Part shown: positions 1 to 51,970 of the stretch, in pieces
Position numbering within the stretch: position 1 is the first letter of the stretch
Layout: the number at the start of each line of letters is the position of its first letter
Origin: Tubiluchus corallicola
Taxonomy: Eukaryota; Animalia; Priapulida
Assembly (NCBI GenBank): GCA_030141605.1
Contig: JAQGDQ010000171.1
Span: forward strand, 1 to 64,000
Direction of reading: 5' to 3'
Length of the DNA stretch: 64,000 nt
The notes under the pieces: generated by a model
Databases searched by the model: none
What the model was told of the DNA's origin: nothing
The model's input: only the letters and a program-made list of their open reading frames with translations
Position numbers and translations under genes: made by a program

Positions 1-833
1 CATATAGCTCAAATGAATTGTATTGATGACTCAAATTAAATCGCATAAATTAAACGCACAGTGGTTGACCCCGGTCCAGACGTCACAGATCGAAAAGTAA
101 GCTCTGGTTTTAGTATCTTATAGTAATTCAAATTAAAGGCTTGAGTTAGTCAGATTGAATAGTGTACGTTGAGCCGAATTGTGTGGCTGCCTCGGCTACG
201 TGTCACCGATCAAAAAGTTAGAAATTCCGAATTCACAGAAACGAAACGCAATTCCTACATAATCCAGCACGGAGAATTCAACGAAGGCAAGACAGCAAAC
301 ATAATGCTAACTAACGTAGAACGAAGCTAGTCGATATAATCCACGATGTCTCGTACTTCAAGTCGCCTCTTGGGTGGGTATGTGTGGGTATGTTGGATGG
401 GTATGCCTCTACTTTTGGTGGTTTTGTTGCCACATCCTGGAAGAAGACATTTACTAGAAGAAGACAGTCTTCACTTTGCTTAATGCCATATATGCACTAC
501 TATATAGAAGACCCTTGGATCTGGAAAGTCATTAATGCCCAAACATTTATTTAGGTGATTGCCAAAGGTCTCAGTTTGGTAGCTACCTACTAACTGCTTC
601 TATTAAACGATTCCGTGGCGGTGTGAGGGTCTTAAAAGCTTAAAAACTTCCTGTACAAAAAATCTTATTTATTTACACAATTCACTTCACTCTGTCGTTT
701 CTCAACGATCAAATTGAAAATCTTCTATGCCGTCTGTAAATCATGATCATTGTATTGTTACAGCAGCAGCTTGTCTTAAACGACTGGTTCACGTTTGTTC
801 TTGGCGTACTGACACATTCACATAGATAGTAGA

Positions 834-925
834 TTAAACTTGTCCGGGTTCGTAGCTTGTTGAAGCTACACGTGCTTTCCTCATCACAACGACGTCGTCA
901 CCCATTTTGATGTCAACTTTTACAG
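834..925 (-). CDS. Membrane protein gene exon 6 (terminal): PVKVDIKMGDDVVVMRKARVASTSYEPGQV*
   Basis: Acceptor TTTTTCTTTGCAG, phase 1, TAA at 834-836. Confidence 0.75.
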
Positions 926-3900
926 CTGCAAAGAAAAAGTAAAACTGTTAACTTTACTCACTAAATGTGCATTCTTTGTAACCGAAGGATATTTTTTTTA
1001 ACATTTTACATTTTAGTTTGAACTAGTTGACAATGTTCCTGGCGTAGTCAGAAACTGGAGATTTGCCAAACAAATAATTGCGCAATTAGGCACTGAGATG
1101 ACGTCAGCTTTTCGTTTGAATGGCGCAGTTTCGATTTTACTGAATTCGCGTCGCTTAATTATCTACAAACTGCACTTCACAGGAAATCGCAACTTATAAC
1201 TTTTTAACCCGTGACCCGCGGGGAAAAGACCAACCAATCTTCTGCCAACATGCCATTCAATTCACCTTACTGAGGCTTTCACTTGACCAGGTCAGAGGTC
1301 ATCACAGTGCTGCCTTTCCCCCGCCCAGTTCTACCCACCCAGTGAGTTTTATGATCCTAGCTTACAAGTTCAACGAGCTATTAAGACAAATAAATTTATG
1401 GAAAACAAAAAGAGAAAGAAAGAAAGAAAGAAAAAATGAAAGAATGAATGAGTGGGTGGGCGAGGAAGTAAATGAATGAATGAATGAGTGAGTGAATGAA
1501 CGGCAAAAGAGAGAATGAAAGAATGAATGAATGGATGATTGAATAAATGAATAAGTGAATGGGTGGGTGAGGAAGTGAATTAATGAATGAATGAGTGAAT
1601 GAATTAATGAATGAATTAATGAATGAATGTGTGAATGAGTGAATGAGTGAGTGAGTGAATGAATGAATGAATGAATGAATGAATGAATGAATGAATGAAT
1701 GAATGAATGAATGAATGAATGAATGAATGGATGGATGGATGGATGGATGGATGGATGGATGGATGGATGGATGGATAGATGGATGGATGGATGGATGGAT
1801 GGATGAATGAATGAATGAACTGCAAATGAAATAAATCAAACGAACGAACAATAAACAAACTTGTAAACAATTGATCAAACGGATCAATGAATGCACGAAT
1901 ATGAAAATTAGAAAAAATGAATACTTATGCAGAGAGAAGGATGAGCCAACGAACAAAAGAATAAACTACAACGCTGCATCTATTAAAAACTTCACTCACG
2001 TGTATCGTCTTCATTAATTGATTCAATACTTGAACTCGTTGCTTGCTTGGTATAGGACCTATACCTTCCTTCATTTATCACACCGCCTGACTTTACCACT
2101 CTAATAAAAATGAAAAACATGAATGCGAACAAATATCAGCACGTGTCAGTCTGCAAGAATTAACTGTGTATCTGTTGTCAATCAACATTAATTTGAAAAC
2201 GTCTAATAACTTTCACTTGGAATTTCAAAATTATTTTTCAAAATATCACTAAAATTTCTTGACAGGACAACAAACTTTGCCATGTCATTGAGAGCAGTAT
2301 TGATATCAACGCAAACCTCGATTTTTTTCTTCTGCTGCAACATCCCCTAAATTAAAAAAAAAGTCAAATGCAGTTGCAAAGTTATCAGCGTTTTGCAATG
2401 AAATATAAAAAAAGCAAGATCATTATTTTGCTATTGCTGAATTCTCCATGTTCGATTACCTAGGAAATCCATTTTATTGCAACCCATTTTAAAAGTTTTG
2501 CCTATATCGCCTGACCCGGCCACGCCCATTTTCCCCAAAACGCTTAATGCACATTTACATCCACCCACTTATCCACACGTGCATAGACATTGACTCTTAG
2601 TCCAGTACTGTAAGATGAGTTGAGAGACAAAGCTGTTTAACCCTAATTTTCACATTTTGGCTCCTAACTCGTAATTTTCCCAGACTCCAATTTCCGAAAA
2701 ATAGCTAATAGTTGATAGTTAATGCACTTTTACCCCGCAGGACCTAAACACCTGTGAAAACAATTTGGATTTAACTCAAAGCCCTAGTTACAAAGTTGAG
2801 TGACAAACTGATTAATGTCCAGGGTCCTTGACCCTTTGAACCTAGGCCACTGATCACCTTCTTTACCTGAACCTCTGAAGTGTCAGAGCTATGGGACTGG
2901 ACCAGCCTTGCCAGCAGCCGCCATCTACTGACTGATCAGGCTCGCCATTGCTTAACTTCGCTATGACGACATATCGTGATCGCTCAAGTATTCCACTCGT
3001 CCAAAAAATGAAGCTTCTCAACGGCCTGTTCGCCCGATTGCTCCAATACCCTTAATCTAAATTTAGCAGGACAAACACTGTAACAATTTGGGCGTTGGAC
3101 TGGTCACTATTTTTTACCATTGTGCTAGCCTCTTCAAAGTTTACATTTGGAAAAATTGCTTTGATCTGTCATTGAACCCCAACATGTTATTCTGCGTTGC
3201 AAGAAGCGTGTGAAGTCTACATAATACACGTCCAACAAAACTGCAATGGGCTCGGTTTTATTTTTATAATTCAACTTTAAATAAAATTTTCATTAAAAGA
3301 ATTATTTACCATTCTATGCAGCTGAAAATGATGAGCAGTGTAAGCAAAACTGCCAAGATGCTCAACAGACATGCCACCGGAACGACCCAATCTGCAAAAA
3401 AAAACGACTCAACTTTCAAAATTATTTTTGTACATTCCCAAGGTACCAAATTCGAGATGTCTGTGTTAAGAGGTTTTATACTTAAAATCTATCTTGAAAT
3501 GCTCACTTCCAAAAATATGTGTTTGAATGTATGGCATAAATAATATCGAGTATCACTTTCACATTTGAATCCAATCTGGGGAGAAGGGTGCAAATATTAA
3601 CTCTTTCTTGGCCCTGATATTTTTACTAAGTTACTTGGAAATGAAAAGTATCTGATGAAATCCAATCCTGTTGTATCGAAGTCCAGTTTAATCCAGTTTA
3701 GCGCAACCAAACCTAATTAATCCTGTCCAATTCAGTCCAATTGTGTCCAGTCCAGTCCAGAGCAGTCGAGTTCAATCAAGCACAGTCCAGTACAGTATAG
3801 TCCAGTCCAGTCCAGTCTCCTGCATTCCAGTCCGTTCCGTACCAGTCCAGTCAAGTCCAGTCTTATACAATATAATTTCAAAAATAATCTACGTGTTAAG

Positions 3901-5667
3901 AAAAATCACTGCTTGAAAATTATCATGCAGCAACTGAATCAAATTTGAATTTTTAATTTATTTTTAATTATCTTACCTTTTTCGCCATTTCGAATAGAAA
4001 GTGTTACGCTTTCCACATAGTTGTTCACTTCGCCACCCGGGCTATCAGTGTCAACATTATCGGTGTTTCCTGTAAGTTACATAAATTAACAATACTTACA
4101 AATTCATCTTATAATGATACGCTTAATAACTTAAAACACAAGAAAACCCTCCCATCTCTATCCACTTACATAAAGCTTAAAAAATTCGTCTTGAAATTTC
4201 ATAGCACTTACATATTGCCTTTTTGCATGTAGGGCATGCGTCGGCAGAAACGCTGTATAAAACATCTAAATTAATCTAAATTTAAACTCCCCGCGACGAC
4301 CGTTAGACACAGCCATTTTGATGGTAGGTCGTTTGGAACAAGTTTAGATAACATTGCGTGAAGTTAGAAAAGATAATCAGAGCATTCGTAGCGCACACGT
4401 CACTAACTAAGTAAATTTTTTAATTACTGTATCTTGTCAATAAGGTTAAACATACGGTTTTGGTTAGTGAGTGGTGCATCCTAGAGAGTGAGTCAACGAC
4501 ATTTTACCAATTGGTGAAAATATGTTAAATAATTAATAATTTTCTTTTCTAGTTACCTAAGTCTTTCTAGCAGGTAAGCGAAAATCTAAGTAACATAGAT
4601 TTGCACGGAAAGCCTTTTGAGATATAATTTAGCATTGCCTTTTCTTCCCTTGATTTACATTTGTTGCATGACGTCATGTAATGGGGACTTCGGAAAAGTA
4701 TTGCGGGAGATTTAAAATGAAAACAAACTAAAATTCCTTTCAGTGCGAGTATGATACACGCATAAGATTGCTATAAAGTAATATAATTTTAAGGCGATTT
4801 TTGAAACCTACTTCAGGTACCCCTTTTCTTGTCCTTTAATAATAATGACTGTGATATACCGTATTTTCCCGTGTATAAGAGACCCTTGTGTATAAGAGAC
4901 CCCTTCAATTTTTAGGCAAAAATTCTGGAAAAAAGTTTTTTCAGACGGACATTTTTAGAGGGTAGAGTACAACTTTTTTCAACTCAGTGCGGTACTGAAA
5001 ACAAAATAAAACCAGTTAATGTGTTGTAGAAAAAGAGTACTGGTATATATTAAAGTGCGTACCTGCAAACCTGTAACAGGAAAAGAGAAAACGAGGAGAT
5101 AATGTCTGTGTCACGATGCTTGTATTGCTTACAACCGCTTCATAGTCGAACGCGACACGCAAAACAGTTGTAGAGCACTTATTTCTTTAAAATCATTAGT
5201 GTCACAATTTATGCATCTTATTGAAAAGACTTACTCCCATGTATAAGAGACCCCCTATTTTTAAAGTGAAAATTCTGAGCAAAAAAGGGTCTCTTATACA
5301 CGGGAAAATACGGTAGTTTAATGAGAATTGGTTTTCACATACCTGAACCGGATGACTTTGCTTGCTTCGACGACGTCGTCGTCGCTATCAATTTTGGAGT
5401 CGTTTTCCCAGAAACATGAGTTACAATTCCACCGTCAGTACTGTTGTTATCCAGGTTATCACCAGCTGTTGTCGTATTTTCGTCAGAAATTGTACTATTG
5501 TTTTCAAAAGTTGGTACAAGAGTTTCGCTGTCCGGTTCCACAACTGTTTCGATAACAACCTCGATTTTTGATGTAGTTTCTCTGTCGTCTTCTGCACAGC
5601 ACAAGGAAGCATGCCGTAGGAGAATGCAAATCATCATGGTAGTTACTAATGTTGGCACAAACATCAT
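834..5667 (-). CDS. Six-exon gene for an uncharacterised 240-aa single-pass type I membrane protein (signal peptide, mucin-like stalk, TM, cytoplasmic tail)
   Basis: join(5343-5667,3977-4069,3310-3391,2317-2346,2000-2100,834-925) = 723 nt. All introns are GT-AG with compatible phases (1,1,2,2,1), and the frame is open to TAA. AATAAA on the minus strand near 668-673. Confidence 0.8.
1440..1820. repeat. Compound (GAAT)n/(GGAT)n microsatellite
   Basis: Directly visible tetranucleotide runs; source of the spurious ORFs at 1396-1956. Confidence 0.95.
2000..2100 (-). CDS. Membrane protein gene exon 5: (R)VVKSGGVINEGRYRSYTKQATSSSIESINEDDT
   Basis: Acceptor TTTTTATTAG, donor GTGAGT, 101 nt, phase 2 to 1. 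Confidence 0.75.
2317..2346 (-). CDS. Membrane protein gene exon 4 (30-nt microexon): (W)GCCSRRKKS(R)
   Basis: Acceptor TTTTAATTTAG, donor GTTTGC. It is required to avoid a TG|A stop and supplies the positive-inside cluster after the TM helix. Confidence 0.7.
3310..3391 (-). CDS. Membrane protein gene exon 3, transmembrane helix: DWVVPVACLLSILAVLLTLLIIFSCIE(W)
   Basis: Acceptor TTTTTTGCAG, donor GTAAAT, about 23-residue hydrophobic stretch. Confidence 0.8.
3690..3865. repeat. Degenerate (CCAGT)n pentanucleotide repeat
   Basis: Visible ccagtccagt runs. Confidence 0.8.
3977..4069 (-). CDS. Membrane protein gene exon 2: (G)NTDNVDTDSPGGEVNNYVESVTLSIRNGEK
   Basis: Acceptor CTTACAG, donor GTAAGA, 93 nt, phase 1-1. 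Confidence 0.75.
4131..4839 (-). mobile_element. Kolobok-like non-autonomous DNA transposon, family K1, copy 1 (inverted relative to copies 2 and 3)
   Basis: Flanked by TTAA on both sides; imperfect TIRs AACACAAGAAAACC ... CCTTTTCTTGTCCT; reverse complement aligns along its length with 6168-6849 and 19112-19733. Confidence 0.75.
4859..5313. mobile_element. Tc1/mariner (pogo/Tigger-type) MITE
   Basis: Perfect ~29-bp TIRs CCGTATTTTCCCGTGTATAAGAGACCCTT / AAGGGTCTCTTATACACGGGAAAATACGG; TA duplication at 4857-58 and 5314-15; internal repeats of GTATAAGAGACCC. Confidence 0.9.
5343..5667 (-). CDS. Membrane protein gene exon 1: signal peptide MMFVPTLVTTMMICILLRHASLCCA, then a Thr/Ser/acidic-rich stalk with N-x-S/T sequons
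   Basis: Lies in ORF 5335-5673; donor G|GTATGT at 5342; NNS, NST and NTT sequons. Confidence 0.8.
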
Positions 5668-6167
5668 ATTCACAATGATGAAAATTATTAGTAAAACTGA
5701 TTTAAATAATTCGCTTGCTTAGAAATTAACACCTTGAATTATTGATTTGCAAATGTTTATTACTTAATATCAGTTTCTACCTTCAACACTACAACAAATA
5801 TAATATAATGGTGTTTGCAAGAAAGTTTTGCTATTAGGATCAGGGTTTCCTTCAATCAGTTTACTGGAAATTGGTTTGGACGATAATGTTTGTAAAATAC
5901 AGGAAATGAGACAGTAGGCAAACTCTTGGAGACCGGAAATGTGGACTTGTGAGGTACGATATATATATATATATATATATAGATATTTATATATATAAAC
6001 AAATATATATAAAATGGATATAAAGAGAAGCATATATGATGAAGAATATACATGGGTGTACATTGTACAACGATGAATTAGTTCTACTAGTTCTGAAAGG
6101 GATTTGAGTAACAAAAAGGCAAAGAATTGCTCAAATATATTTTAAAACTCGCGTGCACTTAAATTGC

Positions 6168-6849
6168 TTAAAGGACAAGAAAAGGGGTATCTGAAGTAGG
6201 TTTCAGAAAAATCGGTTTAAAAACTATGTTACTTTATAAAAATTTTATGCATATATTGTACTCGCGCTGAAAGGATTTTTTCTTTGTTTTCATTTTAAAT
6301 CTCCTGAAATTCTGTCCCGACCGCGCCATTACATGACGTCATATACGCATAACGTAAATCGTGGGAAGAAAAGGAAATGTTATACTATGTCCCCAAAATC
6401 TTTCCATGCAAAGTTATATTACTTTGCATTTCGCTTACCTGCTTGATAGACTTACGTAACTAGAAATGAAAATCATTAATTTAAATGTTTTCACCAATTG
6501 ACAAAGTTTCGCTGACTCAACTCTAGGGCGCGCCACTCACTAACAGAAAGGTATTTTTAATCTTATTGACAAGATGCAGTAATTTATAATTTTACTTAGT
6601 TAGTGGTTTGTGCGCTACGAATCCTCTGTGTATTTTTTCAAACTTCACTCAATGTTATGTAATCATGTTTCAGATGACTTGTCGTCAAAATGGCTGCATT
6701 TAACGGCCACCGCCGGAGATTTTACAGATTTTATACAGCGTTACTGCCGACGTAAGTCATGTGTGAAAAAAGCCAGTATGTAAGTGGCATAAAAATTTCA
6801 AGACGAACTTTTAAGGTTTAAATAAGTCGATGGGTTTTTTGAGCTTTAA
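6168..6849 (+). mobile_element. Kolobok-like family K1, copy 2
   Basis: Starts TTAA|AGGACAAGAAAAGGGG, ends ...GCT|TTAA; homologous to 4131-4839 (inverted) and 19112-19733. Confidence 0.75.
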
Positions 6850-9800
6850 CTTGTATGATTGCAGGTGCTTATGTATCTGAGTTACTGACGCTATTGATGA
6901 AAAAATTGTATTCATCTCCTTAAGACTTTTCACACTTGTGAAACTATAGTGCGTAGAGTCACACGGCTATGTTACAGGAACTTAAGGAACGTTTGTTTAG
7001 GTCTGTGCATTTGTGAATAGTAAAGATTCTTGAATTGTAATTATTTAACGAGCAATTAACTTTTTATGTGGTCAGTTACATTCGCGATAATTTGTTTCAT
7101 GTTATGTTTCACGAATAATGAAATTCATTTGCACAATCAAAGCTAAAAAATGTAACAAACAATTAATGTTTTAGCATTAATGATTTGAGCCAAGGGTAAG
7201 CCAGTTAGGTCTAAAACGAAATTTGTGATAACTAAGCTTACAAGGCAGTAGTTATGTGAATACTGAAATGTACAAGCACAGTAATAAATTTCTGTTACTT
7301 TTGTAGCAACTTTTGTTACGAACACGCATGAGGAAATTCAATAACGCACGATTTGAGATACGTAAACATAGTTTCCAAATTTCGTATCTTTTACAGATTA
7401 TTATTGCATTATATGTGTAAATAGTATAAATCAAGGGAGAAAAAGTACAGTAGTGACGATCAATGGATATTCGTATGTCAGTTTTCGCCTAGGATTTTTG
7501 GTTAGGACCACAAGATTTGCGAGGCCTGAAAAATTAGAATAGAGGTAAAAAAATTGAAATTACCAGGCCTAATGCATGTTTGTTGCTCCAACAGGCCTCG
7601 AGGCATATTAAATGAAACTTTTCGTAAGGCGAGTTAAATAGGATCAATTAGCTCGACGCCAAAGCGCATCTGAAGCCGCTTTAATAAAACAACATGACAT
7701 AGACCATACGCCTCCGTCTAACAGAAAAAAGTTTATCAATGTTGTACATTAAAATGTCGTTAATCATAAAGCTGGCTTACCAAATATACTAATATATAGG
7801 CTAATATGACTTGGCCAAAGTTTATAACCGGATGTGACGTCATACAAATCTGACGAATTCTGGAGTTTTTACCAAACCTTGCTTATGAGGGTAAATAAAG
7901 CCAAAAATTACTGAACCAAAAACCAACCGAAACTGAAGAAATGTCTACAAAACAGAAATTGTACTCAGTCACTGCTTTATTCGCGCTTTTCTCTGGAACC
8001 AGTAGTACAGCTAAAGTGTGGCGAGGTGTGAGACCATGTCATGGGCGCTGGAAAAGATGGGTCATGGCTGTCATAGATTTTTCAGCTGGCGCAATTTCAG
8101 TGCTTGTCATATAAACGGTTGTTTTACAGATATGCCACTGTGTGGAATCAGGGACTACAAGCTAATTTTAATACATGGTTATAGATCAAAAATGTAAATT
8201 TGTAGTGTAATTCAGTGAATTTCCACCACACTGTATCTGAATAAAAACAAATAAAACGTGAACTTAAAGGTGACAAAACAACAAATCTTATTTGTAAAGT
8301 GAAAACTGGACAACTTCATAATAAATTCAAATCTAACAAGTAATTAGCAAAATAATGGATATGTATGGTTGAAAAACAATACAGACAAATTTTAAGTTAC
8401 AGAGGAAAATAAATAATGATCAGTATTTTGAAAAATGGCTTTGATTATTTTCAAAGGTAGTATGTTAAATGAAAACTCGTCATACTAACTCCCAAAATAT
8501 TGTACAAAGAGCACATTATACAATATTATACTTGCGTAATGCGCATCACATAAATAAAGACTTGGACAAAATGAAATTTAGCGTTTCACAACCATTGAGA
8601 GATTATGACCTTGAATGATCCTTTATAGCCGTATCGTTTGTTTTTTGCCTTAGAAACTTGAATTTCATAATAACATCTTTATCAAATTACGAGTTGTTAA
8701 TTACGTCTGTTGTTAATGCAATACACTAAAGACAAAAGCAGATAAAATGAGAACATAATGTCTATAAAAATGCAAGTCGAAATTCTCAGACCACGATGCC
8801 AAAACTAACTTATCCGTCAATTATTGTTTTGTAATTCTGCACTTCGCTATGCTTTTTGCCTGCAGAATTACTAAACGTCATATTTCAATGTACTAGTAAT
8901 TTAAATCACAAATTAATTTTATGGATCTTCAAAGAACAAGTGAAAACCGGGCCAAAGCTCTTTACATGTCCTGTTTACGACAGTCGATTTTTCCCACTAA
9001 CGGCAATTAAATATTGGCTCTCCATATACAATTCATAAAAACATTGCTGGTTCAACTATGTAGTGGACTTAATATAGTAATTGCACATTATTAGAACAAT
9101 AAAATAAAAATATTGTTGCTATTTACATCATTAGTTGTTCACAACGTAGTTTCATTTTACACCTATCCAAAAAAATTCACGTTGCGATGGAGATTGGCCA
9201 CTTATAGGTAAGTCTAGAGTTTGCACATTTTGCTTTTAACAAAGCTTCTCACACACGATCATGTAATGAGAGTAATGTGATCATCATTACGCCTATCGCA
9301 AGTGTTCTGCTTTAGTATATTAACTTTTTGTTACCTGAAATGGTTCTGTCTTTACTCACTGGGTAGTGTGATCTTCTAATAAACTCTGATTTTAATTTTT
9401 TTTCTAGAATTTTTAAACATCAAGGAAAATTATACGGAAATACATTTTAAAGTTAGTCCACAAAATTAACAGTAATTTGAGTAAACTATGAATAGAACAA
9501 CACGAAAAAATAAGTTTATAATATCTTTAACCCCAAATAAGACACTACTAAACTTTTTACACATGCACACTGGCATTCTTAGACTTGAATAATTTGTATC
9601 GTATATTTATCAGAAATTTATTCATTCGTTCAGTAGGTTTTACAAGGAAAACACGCATCTTCTGAAGTACTTATGCCATTCATGTTTTTCCTACAATTGA
9701 TGTTTATTTGAGAACTGTAAACTGAGAAGTCATGTTATGTCAACCGAGACATGCGAAGTCATCATAAAACTACGTGAAGTGCCATAACTAGTAGACAAAT

Positions 9801-10005
9801 TGGCAGTGCCTAATGAAACAAGTACTAGGCGTCCCATTTTGTGATGTTAAATCACGGTTACAGCAGCGCCATCTTCTGTAAAATATGCGAGGATGTCCAT
9901 AGATTGAGCATTATTAAGATCATTAGAAGCAGCTGGCAGCCAGTGAACATGGACAACAAAACGTGATCGCAAGAACAACTGTGCCTGACAATTATTCCAA
10001 GAAAA

Positions 10006-48943
<38,938 letters not shown>

Positions 48944-49614
48944 TTTAGTCTCTATTTTACGACATAATGCTTTCATTCATGCGAACAAGACACCTGAAAA
49001 ACAAAAAAATATTAATGTATGTATTTGTGTTCACACTGAAGCAATGTCTACGGCTATAATCCAAAGCAATGCTACGTGGCATCAGTTCGGAGTAATGTTA
49101 AGGCAAAGTATTTCATTATTTTGTCTCATCATATGCCTGTAGTAAAGATTAATAGCATCAAGTTTGAAATTGAGTAATAGTAATGCGCATTTAGGCCACT
49201 GCCTATCTTGACCAGTATTGGACAGTATTGACCAGAACAGATGTACTTCGATGTAGAAATGAATTTGTCAAAGCTGTGAACTCCTTATTGTGCGTTTTTG
49301 AATTTGTAAATAACAAGCGCGTACTGCTCCTTGTTTATTTGTTTATTAGACAAAACACCAGTACAAATACATACTCAGATATACTACATACAATTATGCA
49401 AACCGAAAACAAGAGTTACTACAAGTACTTGTGAAGTAATCAGTCAATTTTTAGTGAGCAAGTGATGTATCTGCTTGCAGCTGAGCTAAACTGCCCAACT
49501 GCAATGCATGGTGTGTTGTTAGGTGTTCGGGGCAGGATAAAAGAGATGCGCAATGAAAAGAAATGACATGAAGGTAAAATTAGGAAAGTTGTTTAGAATT
49601 CTTCACTTCTTCTT

Positions 49615-49647
49615 ATCGTCATCATCATCTTCATCATCATCATCATT

Positions 49648-49709
<62 letters not shown>

Positions 49710-49710
49710 T
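49615..49710. repeat. (TCA)n microsatellite
   Basis: Directly visible. Confidence 0.95.
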
Positions 49711-51573
49711 TTTTCCAATTCCCCTGCTGCTTCATTTTTAGTTTTTTATAAACTCCTTGTTTGCGTACAGGTGCAAAACTACTTATAATTTGCCTTTGTT
49801 TCTCTTTTCCATTCAAAGGTTATTCAGTTTCGCCAGAACCGTAATTGCTATTACAGCGCGAGAACCCCATGGCGAAATGGTTAATTATTTTCTCATGATT
49901 ATCTACTTGTATGCGTGGTAGCTTTGTTAAATTAAGGAAATTTTCATCTCTGTAGCTGCGGGATACAACAAATTAATGCAAATAAGTCCAGCTCTCACAC
50001 TCTCCACTTATACTTTGAGAATACGATTAAGTCCATAAGGCACTATATTATCTGTCCGCATCGAAATTAGTTAAGGTATACGAAGGTAATTTCTCAAGGG
50101 GAAACAAAGCTAATCAGAGGTGATGCATTGTAAGCGAGGACAGGTGCAGGCTATTCATCCACAATAGTTGCTGTAAAAAGTTGACAGGCTTCAAACAGCA
50201 AGCTAATCAAGTCTTACATTGCGAGCTGTTAGTAAGGAAATGTTGTAAAAGAAAATTACATATAATGAAAGTGAGAGTGTTAAATTACTCAGTTTCAGTT
50301 AAACGAAGGCACGATGATTTTTCATATGCTGCCCCATTTTCAAATCCGATAAAAAGTACACATTTTAACGCAATTAATACTGTAAAGCGGTTCTGATTAA
50401 ATTATAGATTAAAAACGTAATTAACAGTGGGCGAAAACAACTGTTGATGACATCACAAACTAACGTAATTTTCAACAGCGTGTTGCACGTGTTTGAGAAA
50501 GCGAAAATTGAAGTACATTACTAGTAAGTACTAAAACTAGGCAAGTTTTAAGATAAAAATTCAACTTTCAAATTTACCGCTGTGGTCACGCATGAGCTGT
50601 CGAACGTCATGAGCTGATTAGCTAGCACATTTGAACTGAAAGGTACAGCACCTGTTTTTTGTGCAACGCTTTTCGAACTGCAGACGTTAGTGCCCGTCTA
50701 ACTAGCGAATGGCGAAATTCATGTAACAGCGAAGAACTAGAGGCGCGAACGCGAAATTGTGTTTGTGTGGAAATAATTCTTTCACGTAAATAAATTTATG
50801 AAAAAACAGTATACGATACAAGCTATTATATTATATACAAAAGCAGTCTGATGACAATCATTATGCTAGCACAAACGACATTAACAAACAACAGTTACTG
50901 AAGATAAAGGTTACTGTTTTTCACGTCCTCAAAGCACAAAGCGCTCTTCATTAGCGACATACAATGTGATATGTTCTTGTTTCAACAGAATCTGCATGGC
51001 TTGAGATGTGCAGTAAATTAATAGTCAGAAATAGCAGTTAAAACAGAGGCGTTACTTGAATTGGTGACAAAAATTGAAAAGCAATCTGTGAAATTAGTAA
51101 CAATAAACGCAATTTTCAGGAAATGACAACTGGCGCTTCTAAACAACTTGTGGCTTACACTCAAAGGGAATAAATTCAGCGGTTTTAATTGTTTGTTCTC
51201 TGTGTTAAATGGGGAGAACAATAAGTCCCACCCACAAGCAAAACAAGTCGTCACACTGAGTTGCTGCCCAAAAATAGAAACGTTTCGAGAAGCTGAGGAT
51301 AAAATCGTACGTAAAAGTTATGAAACAAAATTGGTAAATTCGTGCTGTACTTGAAAAAGACTTAAAAATATATTATATGAGTATTTGGCCATCATGAACT
51401 CACAAAGAACAAAGAAGAAAACTGAATTAATGGTAACAAAGCTTACAACTCAACAGCTGATAAGAGCAATAACACGTGTACTAATAACGTGGACAACTAA
51501 AGCAAAATCGATGTTAATAGTAAAATTATTACTGTCTAAACAAGTGCAAGGTTTTAGGCGTCAACTGTCGGCA

Positions 51574-51970
<397 letters not shown>

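Noticed and set aside
1396-1956. Long ORFs with HSFI/HPSI repeats (and similar ORFs at 11147-11825, 12987-13446, 27349-27798, 42422-42947, 51385-52038, 57652-58016)
   Set aside because: Translations of microsatellites that lack stop codons
2867-3050. Open minus-strand stretch ending in AG|GTAAAG as a possible extra exon of the membrane protein gene
   Set aside because: No acceptor gives a compatible open frame with exon 3, and it adjoins a repeat fragment
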